Assembly: GCF_011386835.1 (NCBI RefSeq)
Contig: NC_088791.1
Span: 88,598,001-88,662,000, forward strand
Reading direction: 5' to 3'
From: Chrysemys picta bellii
Taxonomy: Eukaryota
DNA length: 64,000 nt
Below are positions 14,930 through 26,649 of this stretch, in pieces. Positions within the stretch are counted from its first letter, which is position 1; each line of letters starts with the position of its first letter. The position numbers and the translations under genes are program-made. Below the pieces are notes generated by a model that was not told where the DNA came from, searched no databases, and saw only the letters and a program-made list of their open reading frames with translations.

Positions 14930-16847
14930 AATTGACTGTATTGCTCTGACTTCCCCTTCCCTCTAAGAGCAGCAGTATGGGGGGGCTGTAGGATTAACCC
15001 GGAGCCTCTTACTGCTGGAGACGGCATGGAGCAGGAGGGGAGTTTTGTGTTATTCCTGTGTTCGGAGACCAGTGGTGGGAGGGGGAGCCAGAAACCCCTC
15101 CCAGCTTGGTGAGGCAGCCACAGGCAGGACATCTAGATAGCCTTATAGGTAGTGCTGGGGATGAGCTGATGATCATGGTACATGTGGGTACCAATGATGT
15201 AAAGAAATGTAGGAGAAAAGTCCCAGAATTTTGTCTGCTAGGTAAGAGATTAAAGTCCAGGATGTACATGGTAGCATTCTCTGAAATGCTTCTAGTTCCA
15301 CATGCAGGGCCAGTAAGACAGGCAGAACTGCAGGATGAGGCAGTGTGGATGAGGCAATGGTGTAGGGATGAGGGACGTAGGTTTATTAGAAACTGGGGAA
15401 CCTTATGGGGAAGGAGTGGCCTATACAAGAGGAATGGCTTCCCCTTAACCAAAAGGCACCAGACAGCTGGCACAAACAGTTAAAAAGAAGTGCTGGAGAA
15501 CACCAACAGGTGCAGAGGAGCACACGGTTTGAGTGGAGATGTGCCTTAGGGATGAATTTATTAAAGGGGAATACTGTATCCTAGTACAGAGGATAGGAAA
15601 GAAGTTGGTAAAGTACAGGTAGGCGGCAGTGAGGGACAGTCAAATGTAATAGAGGCCCGTTTAAATATAACACATGAAGGCAAGCAACTGAATACTGACA
15701 AAATGTACAAATGCTAGAAGTCTTAATACCATGGGTGAACTAGAGTACCTGGCATTGAATGAGAATATTAATATCATAGGCATCACTGAAACCTAGTGGA
15801 TAAAGGATAATCAATGGGACATAGCAATACCAGGATATAAAATAGATAGGAATGACAACAGAGTAGGTTGCGCTGGTGGGGGAGTGGAATTATATGTTAA
15901 AGAAAGAGACGAGTCAAATAAGGTAAAAATCTTAAGTGATACAAACTGTACTATAGTATCTCTATGGATAGAAATTCCATGCTTGAATAAAAAGAGTAAA
16001 GCAGTAGGAATATACCACTGGCCAACTGTCCTGGATGGTCACAGTGATTGTAAAATGCAAAGGGAGGCTAGAGAGAGGTTACAAAAGCAGAACACACAAT
16101 AATAATGAGTGAGTTCAACTATACTCATATTGACGGGGTAAATGTAACCTCAGACCATGATGCAGAGATAACATTTCTAGACACTATAAGTGACTGCATC
16201 TTGCAGCAGCTAGTTCTGGAACCCACTTGGGGAAAGGCAATTTTTGATGTAGTCCCAAGAGCAGAGGATGTGGTTCAAGAGGTAACGATAGCTGAACTGC
16301 TCAGTAACAGTGACCATAATGTAGTTACATTTAACATCCTTGTAGTGGGGATAATACCAAAAAACCTCAGCCACAGAAACATTTAACTTTAAAAAAGGAA
16401 ACTACACAAAAATGAGGACACTTGTTAGACATAAATTAAATGGAGCAGTCACAAGTGTTAAATGCCTGAAAGCAGCATCGGGACTATTTAAATATACCAT
16501 AACAGAGGCTCAGACTAAATGTGTACCCCAAGTCAGAAAAGACAAGAGGATCAAAAGAATGCCACGGTAGCTAAACAACAGAGCAATGGAGGCCATTAGA
16601 GGCAAAAAGGCATCCTTTAAAATTTGGAAGTCAAATCCGAGTGTGGATAATAGAAAAAAAGTTGCACAAACTCTGGTAGGTTAAGTGTGAAAGTATAATA
16701 AGATAGACCAGGAAAGAATTTGAGAAGCAACTTGCTAAAGATGCAAAAAATTAACAATGAGAACTTTTTTAAGTACATCAGAAGCAGGAAGCCTGCCAAA
16801 CAGGCACTGGGGCCACTAGATGACAAAGGTGTAAAAGGAGCACAGAG
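14930..16847 (+). mobile_element. CR1 LINE 5' portion (ORF1 SGNH-esterase remnant, ORF2 AP-endonuclease remnant)
   Basis: VHVGTND...FSEML.VP...FIRNWGT in ORF 15058-15483; IIGITET, GGGVELY, NSDHN pieces downstream; many stops. Boundaries approximate. Confidence 0.85.
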
Positions 16848-17010
16848 GGTATGTCTACACAGAAATTAAACACCCACTGCTGGCCCATTCAGCTTATTCA
16901 GGCTCACGGGGGTCAGTCTATGTGGGGCTGTTTAATTGCAGTGTAGACATTTGGCTCAGGCTTGAACCTGGACTCTGGGATTCTCCCCTCTTGCTGGGTC
17001 TCTCTCGTCT
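16848..17010. mobile_element. Non-autonomous MITE fragment (GGGTATGTCTACAC-type end)
   Basis: Starts GGGTATGTCTACAC with an internal complement GTGTAGACAT at ~16941; resembles Harbinger-type MITE termini. Confidence 0.45.
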
Positions 17011-18309
17011 CTCTAATATCCTAGGACTAACATGGCTACAACAACATTGCATGCAACAATGGAAGATATTGAATTTTGCCATTTGAAATGGAAATGCCAT
17101 AACATGAAGCAAAAGGAAGAAAAACTTAACAGCAACATCTATTTCCCGAGTAAATTCAAGAAATAAAACATCATCCCCAGAGGTTTCATCATCTGTAACC
17201 CTCTGACCACTACGTAAAAGCTCCAAATATGCTGAACAGCTCGGCAGAAGGACTTCAGAAAAACAGAGGCCTTGTCTACACTGCCACTTTGCAGCGCTGC
17301 AACTTTCTTGCTCAGGGGTGTGAAAAAACACATCCCATTTACTGCACCTCACAGAATTAAACAAGAAATCATCACAGGCTCCCACGCACTGGAGAAAAAA
17401 ACAATCTGGGAACCAACCTGGAAATCATGCAAAAATCCCAAAGCAACTATAAAAAGAAAAACAAAAATACCTGAAAACCAACACCAAAATGAAAAGTGGA
17501 ACCAACTACAACAACTCCACAACCCACAGAACACCATCTCCTGGAGAAACCATGGCACCAGGACCCACCACATGGACATTATGTGACACTCCAACATCAT
17601 CAATTTATCAAGACTATCCCTAACTGGAGCTGAATTATCTGTACTCTCCAAGGAACTGGACTTCTGCCCCACAACAGAAACTGTCACCATACTAATGTGG
17701 AGAACTAAAAGAATTCTTCTGCCAACTCCACCTCAAAGAATACTTTCACTACAATGATGACACCACCCACAATAATCACATTTCCACCAATAGTCATAAG
17801 AAAAAAGAATAATCTGACTGGACAGTGGACACCCCACGGTTGATAAATCCACACTATTGATCACTAATTGCTCAGAAAAAAAAAAAAGACTGTGAAATCA
17901 CATACACCACAATCTCTACACCATTGACAGGACAGCTATACAGTCCCTGAAATCCAATCAGCAGATAGTGATTAAACCAGCAGACAAAGGGGGTGCCATC
18001 ATAGTCTTCAACCATGATGACTATGTTAACCAGGTCAACTGACAACTCTCTGAACTACCACCTATTATAAAGAGCTCAAAGAAGACTACACCACACAGTT
18101 TACCCAGGAAATAAAAGATATCATCAAATACTTTCCCAAACAACTCCAAGAGACACTCTACAACCTCATCCCCCACAAACCCAACTCAGCAATCTTCTAC
18201 ATCAGTGGCTCTCAACCTTTTCAGACCACTATACCCCGTTCAGGAGTCCGACTTAACTTGTGTACCCCCAAGTTTCACTTCACTTAAAAACTATTTGCTT
18301 ACAAAATTC

Positions 18310-19896
18310 AATCAATTGCATGCATACAAAATGGGAAATGATGTCCTAGGAAGGAGTACTGTGGAAAGGGATTTGGGGGTCATAGTGGAGCTTAAGCTAA
18401 TATGAGTCATGGGTGTAACACTGTTGCAAAAAAAGCGAACATCATTCAGATGTATTAGCAGGAGTGTTGTAAGCAAGACATGAGAAATAATTCTTCCACT
18501 CTACTCCGCGCTGATTAGGCCTCAACTGGAGTATTGTGTCCAGTTCTGAGCGGTCCAGAAAAGATCAACAAAAATGATTAAAGGTTTAGAAAACATGACC
18601 TATGATGGAAGATTGAAAAAACTGAGTTTGTTTAATCTGGAAAAAAGAAGACTGAGAGGGGACATGATAACAGTTTTCAAGTACATAAAAGGTTGTTACA
18701 AGGAGGAGGGAGAAGAATTGTTCTTCTTAACCTCTGAGGCTAGGACAAGAAGCAATGAGCTTAAATTGCAGCAAGGAAGGTTTAGGTTAGACATTAGGAA
18801 AAACTTCTTAACTGTCAGGGTGGTTAAGCACTGGGATAAATTGCCTATGGAGGTTGTGGAATCTCTATTGTTGGAGATTTTTAAGAGCAGGTTAGACAAA
18901 CACCTGTCAGGAATGGTCTAGATCAGGGGTTTCAAACACGCGGCCCGCGGAGCTATTTCCTTTGGCCTGCCAAGCAGGCCATGCGCCCCTCCAGCCTACC
19001 TCCAGGGTCATTTGAGTTTGAGACCCCAGGGGGACCACATGAGGACTAGTTCATTGGCCTGAGGGCTGCATCACTAACACCCCTCCCTTCGTTGCCCCCG
19101 GCCCTGCCACCACTCCACCCCTTCCATGAGGCCCCGGCCCTGCTCTGCCTCTTCCCACCCCTTCCCTGCCCCCATTCCAACCCCTTCCCTGAAGTCCCCA
19201 TCCCAACTCCGCCCCCTCCCTGCTCCCAGGGTGAGGGGTGTGGCAGGGGGTCGGGGTGCAGCAGGGGGCTCAGGGCAGGGAGTTGGGGTGCAGGGTGCAG
19301 GGTGCAGCAGGGAGTGCGGGGTGTGGCAGAGGGTTGGGGTTCAGGCAGGGGGCTCAAGGCAGGCAGTTGGGGGGCGGGGTGCAGGAGGGCTTCGGGCTCC
19401 GGGGTGGCAGCAGTGCACACCAGGGCCATGGCAGGCTGCCTGCCTGCCCTTGCCCCGCGCTGCTCCACGAAGCAGCTGGAACTATGTCCCTGTGGCCCCT
19501 GGGGGAGGGGGGACGCAGGGCTCCGCACACTGCATGCCGCTCCTCCAGGTACCTCCCCCGAAGTTCCCATTGGCTGCGGTTCCCCATTCCCGGCCAATGG
19601 GAGCTGCGGGGGGGCGGTGCCTGGAAACCAGGGCAACACATGGAGTCCTCTGCTCTCCCACCCCTCCCCCCAGCCGCAGGGACGTGATGCCAGCCACTTC
19701 AGGGAGCGGTGCGGAGCTAGGGGGGGCAATCCCACGGGTGTAGTTTGCCCACCCCTGGCCTGTAGGTAGGCCGGGGGGATGCACGGGGCACGTGTTTGAG
19801 ACCCCTGGTCTAGATAATACTTCGCCCTGCCATGAGTGCATGGGACTGTACCAGATGCCTCTCGAGGTCCCTTCCAGTCCTGTGATTCTATGATTC
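18310..19896 (+). mobile_element. CR1 LINE 3' fragment, interrupted by MITE 2
   Basis: ORF2 C-terminus (MIKGLENMTY...FNLEKRRLRGDMITVFKYIKG...FRLDIRKNFLTVRVVKHW) and (ATTCTATG)n tail ending ~19896. Confidence 0.92.
18924..19807. mobile_element. hAT-type MITE 2 (GC-rich)
   Basis: TIR CAGGGGTTTCAAAC / GTTTGAGACCCCTG; 8-bp TSD GTCTAGAT at 18916-18923 and 19808-19815. Confidence 0.92.
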
Positions 19897-20250
19897 CAAA
19901 ATCAGACATAAAAATACGAAAGTTTCACAGCACACTATTACTGAAAAATTGCTGATTTTCTCATTTTTACCATATAATTATAAAATAAATCAATTGGAAT
20001 ATAAATACTGTACTTAAATTTCAGTGTATAGTGTATAGAGCAGTATAAACAAGTCATTGTTTGTATGAAAATTGTATGAAACTAGGCAAATATCTAGATG
20101 AGTTGATGTACTTACTGGAAGACCTCTGCGTACCCCCAGGGGTACATGTATCCCTGGTTGAGAACCATTCTTCTACATGTTTCCCAAGATACACAAACAA
20201 AGGAACCCAGGCAGACCCATCATGTCTGGCCATGGCACTCATACTGAAGG

Positions 20251-20876
20251 CTCATTCACCTACACATCTACTAATGTTATATATGCCATCATGTGCCAGA
20301 AATGCCCCTCTGCCATGTACATTGGCCAAACCAGACAGTCCCTCCGCAAACGAATAAATGGACACAAATCGGACATCAGGAATGGTAACATACAAAAGCC
20401 AGTAAGTGAACATTTCAATCTCCCTGGTCATTCTATTACAGATTTAAAAGTCACTATCATTGAACAAAAAAACTTCAGAAACAGACTTCAAAGAGAAACA
20501 GCAGAACTAAAATTCATTTGCAAATTCAACACCATTAATCTGGGCTTGAATAGGGACTGGGAGTGGCTGGCTCATTACAGAAGCAGCTTTTCCTCTCCTG
20601 GAATTGACACCTCCTCATCTATTATTGGGAGTGGACTACATCCACTCTGATTGAATTGGCCCTGTCAACACTGGTTCTCCAATTGCGAAGTAACTCCCTT
20701 CTCTCCATGTGTCAGTATATAATGCCTGCATCTGTAACTTTCACTCTATGCATCTGAAGAAGTGAGGTTTTTACCCACGAAAGCTTATGCCCAAATAAAT
20801 CTGTTAGTCTTTAAGGTGCCACCAGACTCCTTGTTGTTTTTGTAGATACAGACTAAGACGGCTACCCTCTGATACT
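20251..20876 (+). mobile_element. Young PLE 3' fragment (GIY-YIG endonuclease plus pLTR)
   Basis: VIYAIMCQKCPSAMYIGQT...SEHFNLPGH; near-identical to 24460-25085; probable TSD TGAAGG (20245-20250, 20877-20882). Confidence 0.9.
20748..20790 (+). ncRNA. Minimal type I hammerhead-like motif in PLE pLTR
   Basis: GCAT-CTGAAGA-A-GTGAGG..CCCAC-GAAA-GCTT-ATGC; PLE terminal repeats are known to carry minimal hammerheads. Activity untested. Confidence 0.6.
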
Positions 20877-21030
20877 TGAAGGAATATTGGGACTCATAGA
20901 AACCATCCTCAAAGCACTCACCCCACAAAAGGTTACCTTCATCCAGGACACAACCAACTTCTTCCAGAAACTCTGCAACATTAACAACCTACCTCAGAAC
21001 ACTATTCTTGCCACCATGGATGTCACCTCT

Positions 21031-21236
21031 ATAAATTATAAATAAATTAATGGAGATATCCCATCTCCTAGAACTGGAAGGGACCTTGAAAGGTCATCGA
21101 GTCCAGCCCCCTGCCTTCACTAGCAGGACCAAGTACTGATTTTGCCCCAGATCCCCAAGTGGCCCCCTCAAGGATTGAACTCACAACCCTGGGTTTAGCA
21201 GGCCAATGCTCAAACCACTGAGCTATCCCTCCCCCC
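21031..21236 (-). mobile_element. tRNA-derived Pol III SINE with CR1-like tail (tortoise Pol III/SINE type)
   Basis: Minus strand starts GGGGGAGGGATAGCTCAGTGGTTTGAGCATTGG...GAGTTCAATCC (A and B boxes), then a CR1-like tail and AT-rich end; splits the old PLE at MDVTS|YSNIPH. Confidence 0.9.
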
Positions 21237-22607
21237 TCTGTTTACAGCAACATCCCTCACAAGGACCCCATGATTGACTGTCATAAATATCTACAACATA
21301 ATGGATAACGCTCAGGTATCCACCCCAAACACATCTCCAAACTCACTCATTTCATCCTTACCCATAACAGTTTTACATTCAACACTTTGTCCAAATCATG
21401 GGAACAACCATGGGTTTTAGGATGGTTCCCCAATATGCAAACCTTCTCTAATGCACCACAAAACCAATGATATATTTGAGATATATCAATGTTATTTTCA
21501 TCCTCCAGACAGATGCCTTAACTTTCTCATAAATTTCCACCACAACTTCAACAACTGTTCTCTCTCTATTTTAACTCTCTGTAGAACACTCCCACACTAG
21601 CATCAACTTCATGGACACCACAATTAGCTTCAACAATGGAATCCTACAAATAAACTATATACAAGAAACTCATGGATCACCACACTTACCATCACAGATT
21701 GATTAACCACACCAAACACACCAAGACATATGTTATCTACAGCCAGGCACTCAGATACCACAGAATATGCTCTGAGGAGAAAGTCCAGGATATATATCTT
21801 AACACCCATAAAACTGCCTTCACCAAACAAGGACCCTCTACTAGAGAAGTAGATTGCATCATGGAATGGGCCATCTGAATACCCCCAAGAGAAATTGCCT
21901 CAATATGGAAATAAAATCCCCTTCGACTGCACACCCCTGGTTGTCATTTACCACCCCACACTGGAACCCATATGGGGCATCATTAAACAGTTACAAACCA
22001 TACTCAATGGGGACCACATCCTGAAAGAAATTTTTCCTGAACCCCCTCTTCTGGCCTTCAAACAACCCCTAACATCTCCATGGTCATCATCAGAAACAAG
22101 CTCTCCATAGACCAGGACATAGCAACGCAAAGTAGCACCAGACTCTGCCAGAACAACAGATGCAAAACCTGCAAACATATCTCCACTGTTACAATGATCA
22201 ACACACCCCCCCCCCCCCCCCACACACATCTTTCCAGATCCTTGGGTCCTATGCATGCCTATCCACAACATGTAGTGTACCTTATCCTATGCACTAAATG
22301 CCCGAATAAGAACTGTGTGGGTGAAATCAAACTATCACTATGCTCTTGAATGAGCTCACACAGAAAAATGGTAAAAGACAAAAATACCATATTACCTGTG
22401 GGTGAACACTTTTCACAAAAACAACAAGGAATCTGGTGGCACCTTAAAGACTAACAGATTTATTTGGGCATAAGCTTTCGTGAGTTAAAACCTCACTTCT
22501 TCGGATGCATAGAGTGAAAGTTACAGATGCAGGCATTATATACTGACACATGGAGAGCAGGGAGTTACTTCACAAGTGGAGAACCAGTGTTGACAGGGCC
22601 AATTCAA

Positions 22608-23360
22608 TCAGGGTGGATGTAGTCCACTCCCAATAATAGATGAGGAGGTGTCAATTCCAGGAGAGGAAAAGCTGCTTCTGTAGTGAGCCAGCCACTCCCA
22701 GTCCCTATTCAAGCCCAGATTAATGGTGTTGAATTTGCAAATGAATTTTAGTTCTGCTGTTTCTCTTTGAAGTCTGTTTCTGAAGTTTTTTTGTTCAATG
22801 ATAGTGACTTTTAAATCTGTAATAGAATGACCAGGGAGATTGAAGTGTTCACTTACTGGCTTGTGTATGTTACCATTCCTGATGTCTGATTTGTGTCCAT
22901 TTATTCTTTTGCGGAGGGACTGTCCGGTTTGGCCAATGTACATGGCAGAGGGGCATTGCTGGCACATGATGGCATATATGACATTAGTGGATGTGCAGGT
23001 GAATGAGCCCCTGATGGTGTGGCTGATGTGGTTGGGTCCTCTGATGCTGTTGCCAGAGTGGATATGGGGACAGAGTAGGCAGCGAGGTTTGCTACAGGGA
23101 TAGGTTCCTGGGTTGGTATTTCTGTGGTGTGGTGTGTAGTTGCTGGTGAGTATTTGCTTCAGGTTGGGGGGTTGTCTGTAAGCGAGGACTGGCCTGCCTC
23201 CCAAGGTCTGTGAGAGTGAGGGATCATTTTCCAGGATAGGTTGTAGATCGTGGATAATGCGCTGGAGAGGTTTTAGCTGGGGGCTGTATGTGATGGCCAG
23301 TGGTGTTCTGGTGGTGTTTCCACTCCATACGGCTAAATTTAGTGCCTTGCATGGTGTCAA
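22608..23360 (-). CDS. PLE GIY-YIG endonuclease domain ORF (chimeric N-terminus)
   Basis: C..PRC.LCPHI linker, VIYAIMC..C...YIGQT, SEHF; part of the inverted copy. Confidence 0.75.
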   Translation of the reverse strand: MTPCKALNLAVWSGNTTRTPLAITYSPQLKPLQRIIHDLQPILENDPSLSQTLGGRPVLAYRQPPNLKQILTSNYTPHHRNTNPGTYPCSKPRCLLCPHIHSGNSIRGPNHISHTIRGSFTCTSTNVIYAIMCQQCPSAMYIGQTGQSLRKRINGHKSDIRNGNIHKPVSEHFNLPGHSITDLKVTIIEQKNFRNRLQRETAELKFICKFNTINLGLNRDWEWLAHYRSSFSSPGIDTSSSIIGSGLHPP

Positions 23361-23611
23361 GTATCAGGGGGTAGCCGTGTTAGTCTGTATCTACAAAAAC
23401 AACAAGGAGTCTGGTGGCACCTTAAAGACTAACAGATTTATTTGGGCATAAGCTTTTGTGAGTTAAAACCTCACTTCTTCGGATGCATAGAGTGATACAG
23501 TATCCCTGATGAGGCCACAGCAAGCCTGGTGGCTGAGCTTTGTGACTTTGTCCTCACCCACAACCACTTCAGATTTGGGACAACTTATACCTTCAAGTCA
23601 GTGGCACTGCT

Positions 23612-24818
23612 ATGGGTACCCGCATGGCCCCACAGTATGCCAACATTTTTATGGCTGACTTAGAACAACGCTTCCTCAGCTCTCGTCCCCTAGTGCCCCT
23701 CCTCTACTTGCGCTACATTGATGACATCTTCATCATATGGACCCACGGAAAGGAGGCCCTTGAAGAATTCCACCTGGACTTCAACAATTTCCACCCCACC
23801 ATCAACCTCAGCCTGGACCAGTCCACACAAGAGATCCACTTCCTGGACACTACGGTACAAATAAGTGATGGTCACATAAACACCACCCTATACCGGAAAC
23901 CTACTGACCGCTATACGTACCTACATGCCTCCAGCTTCCATCCAAGACACATCACACGATCCATTGTCTACAGCCAAGCCCTAAGATACAACCGAATTTG
24001 CTCCAACCCCTCAGACAGAGACAAACACCTACAAGATCTTTATCAAGCATTCGTAAAACTACAATACCCACCTGGGGAAGTGAGGAAACAGATTGACAGA
24101 GCAAGACAGGTACCCAGAAATCACCTACTACAGGACAGGCCCAACAAGGACAATAACAGAACACCACTGGCCATCACATACAGCCCCCAGCTAAAACCTC
24201 TCCAGCGCATTATCCACGATCTACAACCTATCCTGGAAAATGATCCCTCACTCTCACAGACCTTGGGAGGCAGGCAGTCCTCGCTTACAGACAACCCCCC
24301 AACCTGAAGCAAATACTCACCAGCAACTACACACCACACCACAGAAACACCAACCCAGGAACCTATCCCTTGTAGCAAACCTCGCTGCCTACTCTGTCCC
24401 CATATCCACTCTGGCAACAGCATCAGAGGACCCAACCACATCAGCCACACCATCAGGGGCTCATTCACCTCGCACATCCACTAATGTCATATATGCCATC
24501 ATGTGCCAGCAATGCCCCTCTGCCATGTACATTGGCCAAACCGGACAGTCCCTCCGCAAAAGAATAAATGGACACAAATCAGACATCAGGAATGGTAACA
24601 TACACAAGCCAGTAAGTGAACACTTCAATCTCCCTGGTCATTCTATTACAGATTTAAAAGTCACTATCATTGAACAAAAAAACTTCAGAAACAGACTTCA
24701 AAGAGAAACAGCAGAACTAAAATTCATTTGCAAATTCAACACCATTAATCTGGGCTTGAATAGGGGACTGGGAGTGGCTGGCTCACTACAGAAGCAGCTT
24801 TTCCTCTCCTGGAATTGA
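23612..24818 (+). pseudogene. PLE RT C-terminal half plus GIY-YIG, frameshifted
   Basis: MGTRMAPQYANIFM, RYIDDIFIIW, FLDT, LYRKPT; endonuclease lies in a shifted frame (24240-24818). Confidence 0.9.
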
Positions 24819-24960
24819 CACCTCCTCATCTATTATTGGGAGTGGACTACATCCACCCTGATTGAATTGGCCCTGTCAACACTGGTTCTCCACTTGTGAA
24901 GTAACTCCCTGCTCTCCATGTGTCAGTATATAATGCCTGCATCTGTAACTTTCACTCTAT

Positions 24961-25001
24961 GCATCCGAAGAAGTGAGGTTTTAACTCACGAAAGCTTATG
25001 C
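24961..25001 (+). ncRNA. Hammerhead-like motif (CCGAAGA core variant); antisense copies at 22468-22510, 23446-23488, 26476-26517
   Basis: GCAT-CCGAAGA-A-GTGAG gttttaa CTCAC-GAAA-GCTT-ATGC. The 23446 copy has GAAA changed to AAAA; the 26476 copy keeps CTGAAGA. Confidence 0.55.
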
Positions 25002-25437
25002 CCAAATAAATCTGTTAGTCTTTAAGGTGCCACCAGACTCCTTGTTGTTTTTGTAGATACAGACTAACACGGCTACCCCCTGATACTTTTCACAAAGAGA
25101 TCACTCTATATCTGACCTCTCAGTCCCCATCCTCAAAAGAAATCTGCACAACACTTTCAAAAGATGAGCCTGGGAGCCTACATTCATAATTTTTCTAGAT
25201 ACTTTTCAATTTTTCAATCATGGATTGAATAGAGACACTGGATTTATGGCTTATTATAATAATCTATAACCCACTACTCCTCTCTGCTCATCTTCCCCCC
25301 CCCCCCTCGTTCCCCCCCCCCCCCCATGACTGGAAAGGCGTTAACTGGCCACTTCACCTTGAATGGTCCCTTGAAATATCTGTTAACTGCTTATGCTAAA
25401 CAATCTGTTCTATCTTGTATTTAGCTGTGACATTTCC

Positions 25438-25480
25438 CAGACCTGAAGAAGATCACTGTGGCTCGAAAGCTTGTCTCTCT
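25438..25480 (+). ncRNA. Hammerhead-like motif of the older PLE family
   Basis: AGAC-CTGAAGA-AGAT...CTC-GAAA-GCTTGTC-TCT; stem II is degenerate. Confidence 0.45.
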
Positions 25481-26194
25481 CACCAGCAGTAGTTGATCCA
25501 ATAAAATATATTATTAATAAGAGTTGTCATGTAAGGCGGTGCTGGCCCCTCAGAGCTCAGAAGCTGTGCCAGCCACACCACAGATCTAAAGGGCAAAGAT
25601 TGGGAAAGGGGCAGTGCTCCTACCCTGAACTCTTGCAACCCCCTCACCTTCTGCAACACTCCTCTCCCACTTTTATCTACCTGGTCTCCGATCCATGTAC
25701 TTCCCCACCACTGCTCCAATTTATTCCCTCTTTTATTCCCTTTGTTCCACATTTCTCTGACCTCCTCCACATGCTTGTTGCTCTGAGCCCCTACACTCCC
25801 GCCCTCAAACTCAGCCACCAATTCCACCCTCCTTGACACTCCATGCCCCTGGTAAACCTGGAGGGGCTATGGGAAGAGGAAGGGTGGTGGACCTCTGAGA
25901 AGTGCATGTAACAGCTGAAGGCAGGAGAGTGTAGACTCAGGCATGGTCTACACTTGAAATATAGGTCAATGTAGGTACAACTCCCAGGGCTGTGAAAAAT
26001 CCAAACTGCTCAGTGTTCTAGCTATACTGACTTAACCCCTGGTCTAGATGTAGCTAGGTTGTAGAAGAATGCTTCCGTCATAAGTTCCTGAACTTAAGGT
26101 GGTGGCTTGGGGGGCGGCGGGGGCGAAAGAGGGAGAGGACAAGGGGAGGAAGGGTTAAAGATCTTCCTAGATAGGTGAGTCTGGGTTCATTATT

Positions 26195-26649
26195 ATGAGG
26201 TGTTGCTATTACCTACTACACAAATGGAAATTGAAAGACAGACCAATATGTGAATGTGAAGAAGACATCCAAACCATGGAACTGCTAATGAACCACTGCC
26301 CTCTAAGATCCTTCTTCAGAGGAACAACCTTGATTCATTCCATCTCTGTAGAAGCCATAGAGTGGATGACAAACTTGGATGTTGAAAGTATCAGAGGGGT
26401 AGCCGTGTTAGTCTGAATCTGTAAAAAGCAACAGAGGATCCTGTGGCACCTTTGAGACTAACAGAAGTATTGGGAGCATAAGCTTTCGTGGGTAAGAACC
26501 TCACTTCTTCAGATGCAAGAGGTTCTTACCCACGAAAGCTTCTGCTCCCAATACTTCTGTTAGTCTCAAAGGTGCCACAGGACCCTCTGTTGCTTTTTGG
26601 ATGTTGAACTTTCATGTTGCTTTTCAAATTGCCATATGAAAGAAGAAGA
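26195..26649 (+). mobile_element. 3' fragment of an Ingi/Vingi-like (I-group) LINE, split by a mini-PLE
   Basis: RC.YLLHKW.LKD.P.CEC....QTM..LMNHCPL..F.G...IH....AIEW..LDV (CCHC-type C-terminus) and a GAAAGAAGAAGA tail at ~26638-26649. Clade assignment is from memory of the family, not a search. Confidence 0.55.
26387..26596. mobile_element. Palindromic mini-PLE (pLTR-only) insertion
   Basis: 80-bp arms 26423-26502 and 26519-26598 (2 mismatches seen), 16-nt loop; 12-bp TSD TTGGATGTTGAA (26375-26386, 26597-26608). Confidence 0.88.

Larger units (their letters stand above)
18203..20170. mobile_element. hAT-type MITE 1 (contains CR1 fragment and MITE 2)
   Basis: TIR CAGTGGCTCTCAACC / GGTTGAGAACCATTC; 8-bp TSD TTCTACAT at 18195-18202 and 20171-20178. 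Confidence 0.9.
22420..25084. mobile_element. Young PLE insertion with inverted (tail-to-tail) architecture
   Basis: Minus-strand 3' copy 22420-~23310, second minus pLTR ~23360-23490, plus-strand RT-EN-pLTR ~23492-25084; 12-bp TSD ACTTTTCACAAA (22408-22419, 25085-25096). Confidence 0.9.
17030..25515 (+). mobile_element. Old, heavily decayed Penelope-like element hosting several nested insertions
   Basis: Collinear PLE pieces across the insertions: NIINLSRLSL...LSKELDFCP, IVIKPADKGGA, FYMFPKIHK..NPGRPI, IQDTTNF, MDVTS, LRYINVIF, VYLILC..C...VGE, VGEHFSQ|RDHSISDL, ending in a pLTR-like tail at 25340-25515. Confidence 0.85.

Noticed and set aside
19046-19909. Several 120-290 aa ORFs on both strands
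   Set aside because: They lie inside a GC-rich MITE where stops are rare; low-complexity P/G/A products.
21160-21236. tRNA-like sequence with A and B boxes
   Set aside because: It is the head of a SINE, fused to a CR1-like tail and inserted in a PLE; not a tRNA gene.
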